A stretch of DNA of 61,785 nt, counting the filler, from Choristocarpus tenellus KU-1152 (Eukaryota > Protista > Phaeophyceae): assembly GCA_964200185.2 (NCBI GenBank). It is 14 parts of 14 records of this genome, joined end to end, with 100 filler letters (N's around TTAATTAATTAA, not from the genome) between each part and the next. Parts side by side here need not be neighbours in the genome. Positions count along the whole stretch, not along the records: positions 35,706 to 40,947 come from CAXNAD020011379.1; positions 41,048 to 43,548 come from CAXNAD020027292.1; positions 43,649 to 46,574 come from CAXNAD020023605.1; positions 46,675 to 51,090 come from CAXNAD020014655.1; 10 more parts are not named here. The stretch is one strand, 5' to 3'. The notes beneath the pieces are model-generated. The model was not told the origin of the DNA and ran no database searches. It saw nothing but the letters and a program-made list of their open reading frames with translations. The position numbers were made by a program, and so were the translations under genes. Positions 37,338 through 48,457 of this stretch are shown here, in pieces (positions within the stretch are counted from its first letter, which is position 1; each line of letters opens with the position of its first letter).

Positions 37338-40004
37338 GTGTGTGTTTGTGTGTGTGCCAAGTGGGAAGTAGGATGATGTGGATAATTTTTCCTTATTGTG
37401 GATATTTTATTCACAAGCACAAAAAGAAAAAGAAAAAATAACCATTGTTAGGTGGGGCACTGCATCAAAGGCAAGGAGACCAATCCAAACAGCCAATAGG
37501 TTAGGACACAGAACAAGGGAGGTGAGAACCTCTGTGAGGGGGGCAATAGCCTCTGTCCAAATTTCTCTCGTTGTTGTACCACCCACACACAAGCATGCAC
37601 AGACAAAACACACACAGTAAAAAGCATTAAAAAATACACCTTAAGGGGTCTCTGAACTCCTCACAGCTCGGGAAAAAGGTTGGTGCCTCGGGTATGCACA
37701 TGTCTCCACCTACAGGAAAGGCCGGTTGAGACAGTTTTGCCTGTGTCCAAACAGTCACCGTGTAAGGGCGCAGAGAACAGTTATGGTTAACAGTTACGGT
37801 TTAGGGGGAAGAAAGGGAGAGGGGTCAGGGATGGTTATCCTCAGTGAAAACTAAGGAAACAAAAACACCAAGGGCATGGTACCTAAATCATATACAACAA
37901 TGTACTGGAGAGATGTAATGCTTTGTACCACATCTTGAAGAACCCGGAACAGTAATGGTGGGGAAAATTGAAGCAAAGGCTCAACACCTTCACAATCAAG
38001 GTTCCAACTCTTGTTCTTCATGGCGGCACAGAGTCCGTCATACTCTGCACAAGAGGGATTGAGTGAAAGGGTATACCCTTTCCAGGCAATACTCTACCTT
38101 GCGCTGCATCTGCTCTCCAGGATTTTCAATCATATCTTGCCATCGTTCTGGAGGGACTGTTCGACGCTTGGGCCTTGACAATGCAAGCCCAGTCTCGGTG
38201 GTTGCCTCAATCTCATTTACAACCTTGAGGCAATGATAGTATTAACAGGAGTTTGAAGGGAAAGGGTTGGAGCAACAACTTGAATATTATTACTGTCACA
38301 CATGATAGTCAACCTATACCTACAGCGGTGTAGAAATCTCAGTGTGTTACCAATGCATATCTTCAAAATGTTACGTCGCTCCAGGGCTATCAAGTCTTGC
38401 TCCAGAGCTATCAAGTCTTGCTCCAGAGCTATTCATGGTAACGATATCATAGTGCAGAGCTAGCTGTTAGGATTTGGGGTATGGAGTTGGGACTTTTTCT
38501 TGGAATAATGAATTGAGCTATGTAGTACTAGGACAGTCTTACTCATGACTTTGATGAAGACAACAGAGGAACGATATCGACGCCACTCACTCCTGCATCC
38601 AAAACGCACCTTTCATTAATGTCTGACAGATACATGATCACAGTCACATGTATTGGACCATTGCATAAAATAAGAAAAACAAACGGGTAACTTCAAATCT
38701 AAATTGCACCCCTTCTTGGTTTGACCTTTTGACCTGATGATCATACTTCAAATCTACAGACAACACCAGTCACATTTGAAAAGTCTTTCTGCCACAGAAG
38801 CAGGCGCCGGAAGATAAGAAAGCTGGGGGTATTGCAAAACAGTTACACAGGCAAAAAGCTACGCCTGACAGAGACCAGACCTGAAGTGGGGTATAGCTGG
38901 GAGGTCCAAGAGGTCAAGAAGACAACATAGTTGCTACTATTATTATGTATGAAGTACATTCATTCTAGGTAACCCTCTCTCTTACTTTGGTATTAAGGAT
39001 GCAGCAATGCTTTGCTTTGCAATTGGTATTTAGAGGGATCACCATTATCAATTAGTGATGCAGTGTTTGTGTATATATATTTGTGCATGTTGGTCAATGG
39101 TGACCCAGAGATCACAAAACCCTAACCATTAGTGATGATAGCGAGAATATGTTGTGAAATTGCAGTTGAAAGTCTTGGGAGTCTTGGGAATGGTGGGGAG
39201 TAAGCCTGTACAGGCAGGCCTTGAGATGCAGAGACATTAATGCACACATATACCCTTGCATGCACTAGATCTACTCAGTAAGTCGTCTTCAAAAACTGAC
39301 AGAGTGAAAAAAAAGACAAACCACCCAAGCATTCGCAGCTCAACAGAATAAACAAGGACACTTCTACAGTATCATATTTGTCATGATGTGTGTGAGGTGT
39401 TGAGGCACACAGGGAGTGGGGGGGGGGGTAGGATGTGCATAAAGACAGGAATAGGGACCTCACACTTCCCATTAGGCAAATGCAAGGTCACCAAAAGTGG
39501 AACTCAGCAGCTTCAATATCATGAGGTGGTCCCTGCAGCATCTGCAAGGGGGCACAGATGACTAAACTACAAGTGTTTGAAGGACAAAAGTGAAAAAAAA
39601 AGAGAAAAGGTCCAACCAACATGTTGGTCGTTGTGAATACTAACCTGCTGCTTCTTCTTGCTCCCAAGTGGGCGGCCTAGTTTCCTCTTGCCTGTCCGGG
39701 GTGCTGACTCACAGTCATCCAGGGTGTCGTTCCCCTTCTGTGCCTCATTTTCATCATACTTGTTCATACCCCAATCCTCCGTCCCTGTATTACGTGCCAT
39801 GCCTATGGAATCTGTCATCTGGTCCAGGTCTACGGCTGAGCCAATGGCGAGCATAGTAGGTTGGTCAGCACAGAGCATCTGAGACGCTGGCACTGGAGTT
39901 TCTGCTGTGCAATCCATATTCGTCGCAGTTCCCACCCCAGCTGTGGTAGCCGGTGAGGACATAGCAAAGGGTGCAGCTGGAAGAACGCCTTCTGCAATGT
40001 TCAT
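35838..40004 (-). CDS. KDM5/JARID-like histone demethylase, 5' part (AT-hook + JmjN); exons 40004-39645, 38223-38098, [possible exon ~38043-37930], 37740-37640, 36801-36651, 35999-35838
   Basis: IPEAPTFFPSCEEFRDPL-R-YIESIRERGMVYGIAKIVPPKGWNPP is a canonical JmjN across a phase-2 intron; followed by PTKKQALHNL and FDDGHSYRVEDYEKMAEAF (pre-JmjC linker); KRKLGRPLGSKKK AT-hook upstream; JmjC expected beyond the linker. Confidence 0.88.
36298..36420. repeat. Perfect 12-bp minisatellite (TCATATTTCAAT)x10, intronic
   Basis: Read directly from the sequence. Confidence 0.97.
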
Positions 40005-41112
40005 CTTGTAGGACAGAACTTGCGTCCCTCAGCTGGTTGGCAATCCAATGAAACCTCTTGTACTGGAAACACTGTAAGGGGATGGACGAGCAGGGGTTTA
40101 TCAACACATTGTTGGGATACTTGGTATTGCTGGTGTGCCCGGCACAACCATAGTCTTTGACGAATCGTGAACTTTGCGCGACTGCGGTCTAACTGCTACA
40201 TTACTCTGAGGTGCTATCCTACCTCAAAAACGTATGCTGTAGTGGTATCTAGCCCGGGCGGTCCCCTTGGATGTAGTGAGAGTACCTAAGATTGGAAGGA
40301 GCCGCTGTTGAGCGATGTTGGCAGAAGAAGGAATAGTTTATGGAAAACATTTCAATATTGCACATTTGGGATGTGGGAACCGTTCCTTATATTGTAAGTG
40401 CATGATTCACGAATGGTGAGTGGATAGGGAGAGGGAAGGAGTGGAGTAAAGAGAGGCTAGGTCAGTGTTGTAAGTCATCCAAAAATCACGTCAAATACTG
40501 CCTCGCACGCGGACAAACAAGGTCTATCCACAGGTTCAGGTCTTCTCGATCGATCTTCTCGGGCAGTTACATACCATGGTACATCTCGTACGCCAATCGA
40601 AAAAATCAGTGGAGGGATGCAATATATTCCGAAGAAAGGGTTTACTGGAGGGGATTGAGCTGGTGAAAGCGGTTCGTGAGTCTTCAGCCCTTGCTACCAT
40701 CCTTTAGATGTGAACTTCGAGTTTGTAGTTGCATACAGCGACATTCAAAATACAACATAGAAGCGGGTTTCACCTTCAGCAGACTCGTGGTCAAGATCCT
40801 CATCAATGCATAAGACCGAGTGAACTCAACGAGTAATCTCCAACGCCCACGAAATTGTTCTCAATTCTTATTTAGCACAATCTCTTACCTTGCCGGTACC
40901 CCGCCCCCCCCCCCCCCCCCCCCCGCCCCCCACCCCCCCTACACCACNNNNNNNNNNNNNNNNNNNNNNNNNNNNNNNNNNNNNNNNNNNNTTAATTAAT
41001 TAANNNNNNNNNNNNNNNNNNNNNNNNNNNNNNNNNNNNNNNNNNNNCCCCACCACCACCACCCCTGACAGCTAAGGGCGGGCCACTCGCGAAGTGGGGG
41101 GGAAATTTCAAC

Positions 41113-41814
41113 TTGTCTCTACCCCAATCGCCCTGTCATGAAACAAAAAATAGAGCTGCCCAGGAGGAAGTAGATCATAGCACAGGCAGGAATGGCATGG
41201 AGAAGAGAACGCCCTGTTCACAGGCGTCAGAACTAGGCCCCAGACATAGGGTCCCAGTCCCCTCCCCTTTTCCTAACTCTGTGCGATCCATCACCCCACC
41301 TCAACCCAGTATCGTGCTAAGGGAAAACCCTGTTCCTGTTCCCGTTTGTCCAGTGGCACTTCAACACAAGAAGGTTGCCACAGCATTTGCACCACCAGCA
41401 ACAGTAGTATCTGTAGAGCGTTTCCAATCCAAAGATGAAGTAAATCCAGCTTTGTTATCCACCTGCTCAGCAGAGTTGAAGAGCAGAATTCCTAGTGCCC
41501 TTACACAGAAAGGGAGGAAGAGCCAAAGCCCCCCTTCAGGAAAGGAGAGAGGTACAATGGAGTCATGTCGGAGGATCTGCTCAGGTGATTGTGGAGGGAG
41601 ATTGAACAACTTGTGCAATATCAAGGTTCACCACAGTTGCCCCAAGGAGCTCTGGAGCAATAACGAGAATACGAAAAAGCTCTGGATGGGAGGGAACTAC
41701 TTTTCTGTGTCCGATTCAATGTCAATGAGTCACTCAATATCTCCTAGAAAGGTTGTGTCCCATCGCAAGAACTGTTTACCTGGGGTTGGCTCAGCTCAGG
41801 ATATGTCAATGTAA
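41113..41814 (+). CDS. Possible exon of a low-complexity S/P-rich protein
   Basis: Longest ORF in the window (233 aa); no domain recognised; starts next to a linker. Confidence 0.3.
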   Translation: MSLPQSPCHETKNRAAQEEVDHSTGRNGMEKRTPCSQASELGPRHRVPVPSPFPNSVRSITPPQPSIVLRENPVPVPVCPVALQHKKVATAFAPPATVVSVERFQSKDEVNPALLSTCSAELKSRIPSALTQKGRKSQSPPSGKERGTMESCRRICSGDCGGRLNNLCNIKVHHSCPKELWSNNENTKKLWMGGNYFSVSDSMSMSHSISPRKVVSHRKNCLPGVGSAQDMSM

Positions 41815-43452
41815 TGCTAGCGGCAAGAGAGGAGGAAAAGAGGAAACGTTTGTCGAGAATGCAAGCATGGGAACGGTTGAGGCAAAGGAGGAGAAGAGAA
41901 GAGGTTGAAGGAGCTATGACTGCAAGAGAAGAAAGGGAACAGAGGGGCAAGGGCGTCTTAGGAGGAGGGAGGAAAAGTTATCAGAGATGCAAACGAGGAG
42001 GTTGAGTGGTCTAATGTGCTGCAGTGGAGTAGGAAGACAAAGAGATGATGAGGTTGTGTATGCAATGCAAGAGGTTGGGGACATACAAGGTTAGGGGATT
42101 GGGGCACTGATACAGCATTAAAGTAGAGGGGTACACCACATTCCCACTAAAAAATTAAAAAGTGTTTCGAGCAACCTGACCCAAAGGATGGTAGGGTGCT
42201 CGCCAGGGTGAGAGATGAACTGGTGTGGATCTCAATGTCTATTTACTTTTTCTGTGAGATCTCTTAGGACTCATGGTTATGTACCTACCATGCTTTGGTG
42301 ACTGGCAGTATGCTGTAAGTTGTTGACGATTTTGAGTATTTGTATTTCAGAAACCTTATATGTTTCCACCTGCAACAACACACAACACTCCTTAAACATC
42401 TAAAGTGGCATTTCTCAAAAAGTGCAAGAGTTTCTGTAACAAGATGTTAGTGAAATTAATCCTACTGGAAACCTTGTTGTAGGGTGACCTGTCTGTTCCA
42501 AAATCTTGCTCCGGGTGCCTCATTGCTTGACAATCCAGAAGAAACTCTCATGTAATCAAGGGAAGTTCTTGAAAGAGGATACATAACTGATAATAAATAT
42601 ATATATATAATTTTCCATCGTAATTTGATGTAGAGATTTTCGCGATCATCACCGTCATATTACTGCTGCTGTTAGCACTACTACGTCTTATTGATAGTAC
42701 CATTAGTTTCATTATAGTATGAGGGTTCCAAAAAGGTGTGATCAACAGGTAGGTAGATGGAAAGCAATAATAACACCGTCGTTCTTGGGGGAGCATACAA
42801 CATACTGATATAACAAATTGATAGGATGAGAAAAGATAGATGTACACAGTAAAGAAGGACAAGCTAAGAGAAACCTAGCTAGGCATAACATGCTACTATT
42901 TGTACCCTATAGCTGGGATAGGATGTCGTTAACATCATCAACATCGCCAAGTCCGGTGAGAAAATAGGAGGGAAGAAGAGAAAATCAATTCTCACACAAA
43001 TTTCATCCAATCTGGACATGACTCATCAAACATCAAGGGAAATGGAAACAACAAAAGAATAGTCAACCCAATAGGAAAGAGACTATATGAACAGATACAT
43101 CCAACATATAGTAACGAGTTTGTGTGCATGTTCCTTTGATCTAATTACTTGGCCTAGATTAACTGCTAGTTCAGAACATTGACATATGTCACCTATAACA
43201 CACATTTCACGGATGATATACTGTGTGTTGCTATAGATGGAGGGAAGAAGCAGCAACATACTCTGAATTATGATACAAGGCACTCTCCATTAACGTTAAT
43301 AATACTACTATTATTCTCTATTATTGTTATCATTAATCTATTTTTTGCTGTTGTTATTGTGTTGTTTTTATTGTAATCTATTTAAAGTAAATGAGAGGTA
43401 TCCAGGTTTTCATTTTAAGGATATTTGCAAATATATGCAAGTTTAGCCATTT

Positions 43453-43548
43453 GGCTCAAAGTATATGGGGGGGGGGGGGCGCATTTGGGGGCCCTTTTTT
43501 TTTTCCCGATTTTTGGGGGAATTTGGTTGCCTCCGCCTGGGGGATACT
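43453..43548 (+). mobile_element. MITE family B, partial and low quality
   Basis: GGCTCAAAGTATATGGGGG…CATTTGGGG…ATTTGGTTGC; cut by linker. Confidence 0.8.
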
Positions 43549-43737
43549 NNNNNNNNNNNNNNNNNNNNNNNNNNNNNNNNNNNNNNNNNNNNTTAATTAA
43601 TTAANNNNNNNNNNNNNNNNNNNNNNNNNNNNNNNNNNNNNNNNNNNNGTAGATGGGAAGATAAGGAAGACAGTAGGACAATATTTGATAGTGGTGAAAT
43701 AACTGATTAGTGGTTTCCACACTTACAATGTTTTATA

Positions 43738-43910
43738 GTGTTCTAATGTTTAGGATATTTGATTTCTTTAGGGCTAATAACGACATGTATATTTATAGTT
43801 TTCATTGGTTTCCCCCCAGACACATCTGCAAAATGTCAGATGGCATAATAATAAAATAAGAATATATATTAATACTTTTTGTAACCTTTTATAGATGTGT
43901 CAGGGGAAAA
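43738..43910 (+). repeat. Dispersed repeat family E with internal inverted repeat
   Basis: Matches 11605-11730; TTCCCCCCAGACACATCT pairs imperfectly with AGATGTGTCAGGGGAA at about 43893-43908. Confidence 0.82.
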
Positions 43911-43949
43911 GCCTGTACAATATCATAAGAACTCCCGTAAAAATAATGG

Positions 43950-44240
43950 TAAATGCGAAAGTTTTGGGCGCCTTGGTAAGCAAGCAGGACGTTTTCTTGA
44001 TGAATTGACTAGACGCGGTAGGGGATAGGGGCGGGGGAGGTTACAGCAGGAAAGAAGCTGTCAAATCCCATCCCATTTACGACAGACAGTGTCTGTCTCT
44101 ACACTAGTGGACTATTAAGATGTGCCATGCGTTTAAAGCTGGAGAGGCACCAGGGAGATGGGCAAGAAGGGACCTGTCAGATTCTTGGAACGCTTCCCTA
44201 GCTCCTCGCCCTGTGGTGTAGGGCTACGTTAGTTTGAAGG
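43950..44240 (+). mobile_element. CRE-like (RLE) non-LTR retrotransposon, 3' remnant
   Basis: CESFGRLGKQAGRFLDEL…VGDRGGGGYSRKEAVKSH…RQTVSVST is the restriction-like endonuclease C-terminus; 3' tail homologous to 56400-56475. Confidence 0.75.
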
Positions 44241-44297
44241 GCAGGAAGGGAGTGGTTTGGTGTAGGTGGTATTGAAATAGTACAGAGAGCTTATTAA

Positions 44298-44384
44298 GGG
44301 TCAAAGTATCTGGGGGGTGGGTGCCAGCGTCCGTTTTTCAACCTTTTTTCGATTTTCACTTTTTGGTGTGATTTGGTCGCACGT
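44298..44384 (+). mobile_element. MITE family C, partial
   Basis: GGGTCAAAGTATCTGGGGGG…CGTCCGTTTT…GTGATTTGGTCGCACG; reverse complement of 53793-53879. Confidence 0.88.
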
Positions 44385-45699
44385 NNNNNNNNNNAATGGG
44401 AATATTTGCCACCAATTATTTGGGTTTGGTTAGGAGTTTTGACGTTTGCATGTGTCGGATTTCGAGTCTGTTCAAACTGGATTATTGGTTTATGTATGTT
44501 GGTCGTGCAGTTACGATGAAGAATAAGAGATATGGGTTAGGTTGTTCCGGGGCTGGATACGGGTTTGTTTGGTTGCATGAGTGGGACTTGGTTAGCATAT
44601 AAAGAGGGCTATTGGTTAGGGTGTGTTTTCCCACTGTTTGGATGAGGAATAGAAAAAAAGACTATGGGCTGTTGCAAGGTTGGTTTTTTCGTTTATTTGC
44701 TTGCATGAGTCGTGTCTGGTATGTACATAAAGAGGACTGTCTGTTAGGGCCTGTTCTCCGGGTGTGTGCACGAGGAACAAAAACATATATCATGTACTGT
44801 TTTAAATGTAGTACTTCGTTTATTTGCGTGCATGTGTCGAATTTAGTATGTAAACAGACGTGGTTGTCACTGGGGGTGTTAGGGTTGAAGCTGTAGGTAT
44901 GAAGGGAAAAGGGTCAGGTCTTGTTATCGGGTTAGTGTACTGCATTTTTCCTGTAATGTGCGGACGGATTCTGGAGGTGTTTACGAATGGTTATTGGTCA
45001 AGGTCTATTGTCGTACGTTTCTCTGAAAGTATTTCAAGATACACTTCCAGAGGTCCTGGGTTGATGCTGTGCTTAGGAGCATCATGCGTGGACTTCGGTA
45101 TATGATCCTCCAAGATTCGAAGGAGGACGAGATCGGTTCTAGTCTGTGGACACTTGGACAAAGCATGAGATGGTGCATAGAGTATTGAGAAGAAGGAGGG
45201 AGGTGCATTATAGTGTTCAAGGAACACATAGTGACTTTGAGAAGGACAGGGTATCCATCGCAGGCCCTGGCGAATTGTTTGGAAAGGTCAGCTGAGATGA
45301 TGGAGAAGAGTTGTTTAATTGATGTATTTTATTTTAGTTGTCTTAACCTTGTAGCAGACCCGCTCTTTTAAACAAGTAATAACACAGGTCTAATCCTCAA
45401 CGTGAGCGTGATATATGATACGCTGGTGACTCTGACTGGTAGCAATATATCCGATACCACTGTCTAAATGCCTAACTCATGGAATGGAAAGTGCATGAAC
45501 AAGGTAGTCGGACACCAAGGCAAGGTACAATGATGCATAAATCAGTGTACCTGTAACTCTATCCGTACTTCAACAAAAAACTGAAACGACTGAAGCCCTA
45601 TTTCAGTTGGTGTACGGATTCGAAATTGAATTAGTCGCCCTTCTCCCACCACTCTGCAAGCTTAGAGTATGCCTCGACAAGAAGGTGCCGTACACTTAG

Positions 45700-46574
45700 G
45701 CGTGTGGAGTACCTGGCGTTCCAAGGTTCGGGCTTCACAAGACTCAAGAAGATAGCCTTCCTCACCTGGAGTGCTTCCACATGCTCGGGATGCAACGTGT
45801 TGCCTGCCTTCCCTCCACGATGGCCGAGTTTAACCTGTGTGGGCTCGTGGACGTAGCATTCATCCCTGAAAACAAGAAAAACGGCCCCTTTATCGGCCTT
45901 GATGATCCTGAACCCATGGTTGTATATGACTTGGGTGAGGATTTGAATCTGCACTCGATTCTTGAACGCAGCAATAAAAAACATATCCCAATATTATCAT
46001 CTGTTGATACCCAGACTACTTACTTCTTTGCCACTAACCAACCTGGTACATGTTAAATGGCGGCATTTTTTTCTTAATCTGAGCAGATTTATTTCAATAA
46101 TTCACGTGATGTTGCTGTCCCCCACTCGCCAGATTATCAAAGCGGATCGACTGGTCATCGCCAACAGCACAAGCAACGCCATGCGGGCCAAAGTCGACGG
46201 CAAACCTCTCGATTTCGTGTTCATGTCCGTAGACGCCGCGAACCAGACAGCACACACCCTCCCAGCACTTTACCCACCTACCCACAGCGGTGACAGGTAA
46301 CCGCATGCACACACAGTGCATCCGACAAGATCTTTGCTGAATATTGCGGAACAGAACAGACGAAGTTGTTTTGTCCTGTGGATGAGTGCAAAGTTCCGAG
46401 AAATAATCGCCAAAACAAATGCACATAATTCCACTACCTATTCAGTTCATCGTGATGACCTTTATTAATGTTACTTTCGTTCGTATCCCCCTTATCAGGG
46501 GCTACTCCGAGCGCCAGAAGATCATGGCCGCACACGTCAAAGGCCAGTTCGCGGAGGTGTTCTTCACTCCTATC
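45700..46574 (+). pseudogene. Spliced coding-like fragment of an unknown protein, probably decayed
   Basis: Exon-like blocks ~45700-46045, 46133-46296, 46499-46574; second junction in phase (GD-R-GYSERQK), first junction out of phase; in-frame TAG upstream. Confidence 0.4.
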
Positions 46575-46674
46575 NNNNNNNNNNNNNNNNNNNNNNNNNN
46601 NNNNNNNNNNNNNNNNNNTTAATTAATTAANNNNNNNNNNNNNNNNNNNNNNNNNNNNNNNNNNNNNNNNNNNN

Positions 46675-46736
46675 CGCGACATGAAAAAATTGACCCCAAA
46701 TGGACAGCCACCACCCCCTCCCAGATACATTGAGCC
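46675..46736 (-). mobile_element. MITE family B, partial
   Basis: GAAAAAATTGACCCCAAATGGACAGCC…CCCAGATACATTGAGCC. Confidence 0.88.
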
Positions 46737-48197
46737 AGTAATACCTTCAAGGTTAATTGCACACCTTTGTCCACTTGGAATATTGTAGTCGTCGTGAACA
46801 ATATTTCCAATCATATCAGAGTTTGAGGAAGGAGAAGTGCACATACATCGTCTGTTGATCTCGTCTTCTGCTATGTTGGTTTTGATCATATACACGTGCT
46901 TGTGTTTTCTCACATCGGAGTGTTGATCGAAATAATCGTACAACACTCGTTTAGCAACATCAGATCACATAAACATCTGTCAACAGTGAACCAAAACTAA
47001 TTGAAATGCAGGCAGGTTTGGACCCTTTTGGGATTCTAAGCCATATTTCTTACCCTCCGCAATATACTCTATTTAGTTGTGCTAGATTTGCACGATAGTG
47101 ATACACATAATTGGTATCCCCCCTTTCAATACACAAGATGACATCGGAATTCAGGAAAGGCCCTGTTTGGAACTGTACAAAATGACATATTTTACCCTTT
47201 TTCGGGATCTTTAAAATCCAAACCCTGCCTACCTCTCAGTTAGTTTGATTCATATATTGACATCACATAGCGTTCCTCCTCGTACCCACATTCTTGAGGA
47301 TCCTCTGTCTATGCAAGATGCAAGAGCGCTATTTGCTGGCCCTATATACCTCTCGGCTCGTATTCAGGCCGACTGTACTACTGATCCCATGCCCTCAGAC
47401 CTCGACCACGAGCTTAATGCGATGCTGATCACATTCGATCGACCTCACCCGTATTTGGGCTGTCCCATATTGTGATCCCATACAATCAGACCTCGTAGGC
47501 TGGATTGGTATGCTGATTCACATATCATCAACCTTTGGCCAATGATATCTCAACAAGAAACAAAGTAAACGAGAGGTACTCAGAGTTGCACGTACAGGAT
47601 GCTGATAAATATGTGCAAAATTCTTATTTTTTTACAAATGCGTGTAGGATATTTTCTAAATTCCGTCAAAGAGTCTCAAACAATAGAGAAAACACTCTCA
47701 AGTCAAACCTAGCACTTCATCCATACAAATATTGGCAAATAAAAAAAAATGGAAAACTGTCTTAAAATGATAAACCACCAAAACCTGGGCATCTCTTGTT
47801 TGTTGTGGCTCCAAATATTCTTTAATACCCACGTTTGTATGTAACACTTAATTTTGTATTTATGATGTGTAATATAATGGAGCAATAGTATCATAGCAGT
47901 CACACATATCTCCCATTTTTCTCCCAAAGCTCCTTTGTTGGTTGAGAGACCTCCAATCAAGTTTACATGGTTTGGAGGCCAATATTGCCGCATGCCATAC
48001 ACCATTATACCAATTGAGGTTCTTTGTCAAGGATCCTGGACTCTAAGTAGGATCTTTCGCAAGAATGAGGCAGGGAGTCTTTTCAAGACACAAATCCCAC
48101 AAGTATCGGATATCTTCTTAGTCAGAGATACCAAATATCAAAGATTCTCTTTGTTGCCACATCTTGACATTTCTGATGATCCCCGTCGTCTCACAAA

Positions 48198-48457
48198 GAG
48201 TTAAAGTATCTTGGAGGGTAGAGCTGTGTCCATTTGGGTGCCAAAATCCAATGTTGCAATTTTGATGTAATTTTGGCTATCGTGTTTGTTAGGGAATGTC
48301 AATTTCCTTGTTTCGGGACACACCTTTTCATAACGTATGCATTTTACCTACTCCTAAACATTTTGGAGTAGGAAAATGTCACTAAAAAAAACATGGGAAG
48401 ATAAGCCCCAAATGGACAAACAGGGAATATATTGTACCCTCTAAGATACTTTCACTC
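48198..48457 (+). mobile_element. MITE family A, full copy
   Basis: GAGTTAAAGTATCTTGGAGGG…CCCTCTAAGATACTTTCACTC; flanks cAAA / AAAa. Confidence 0.95.
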
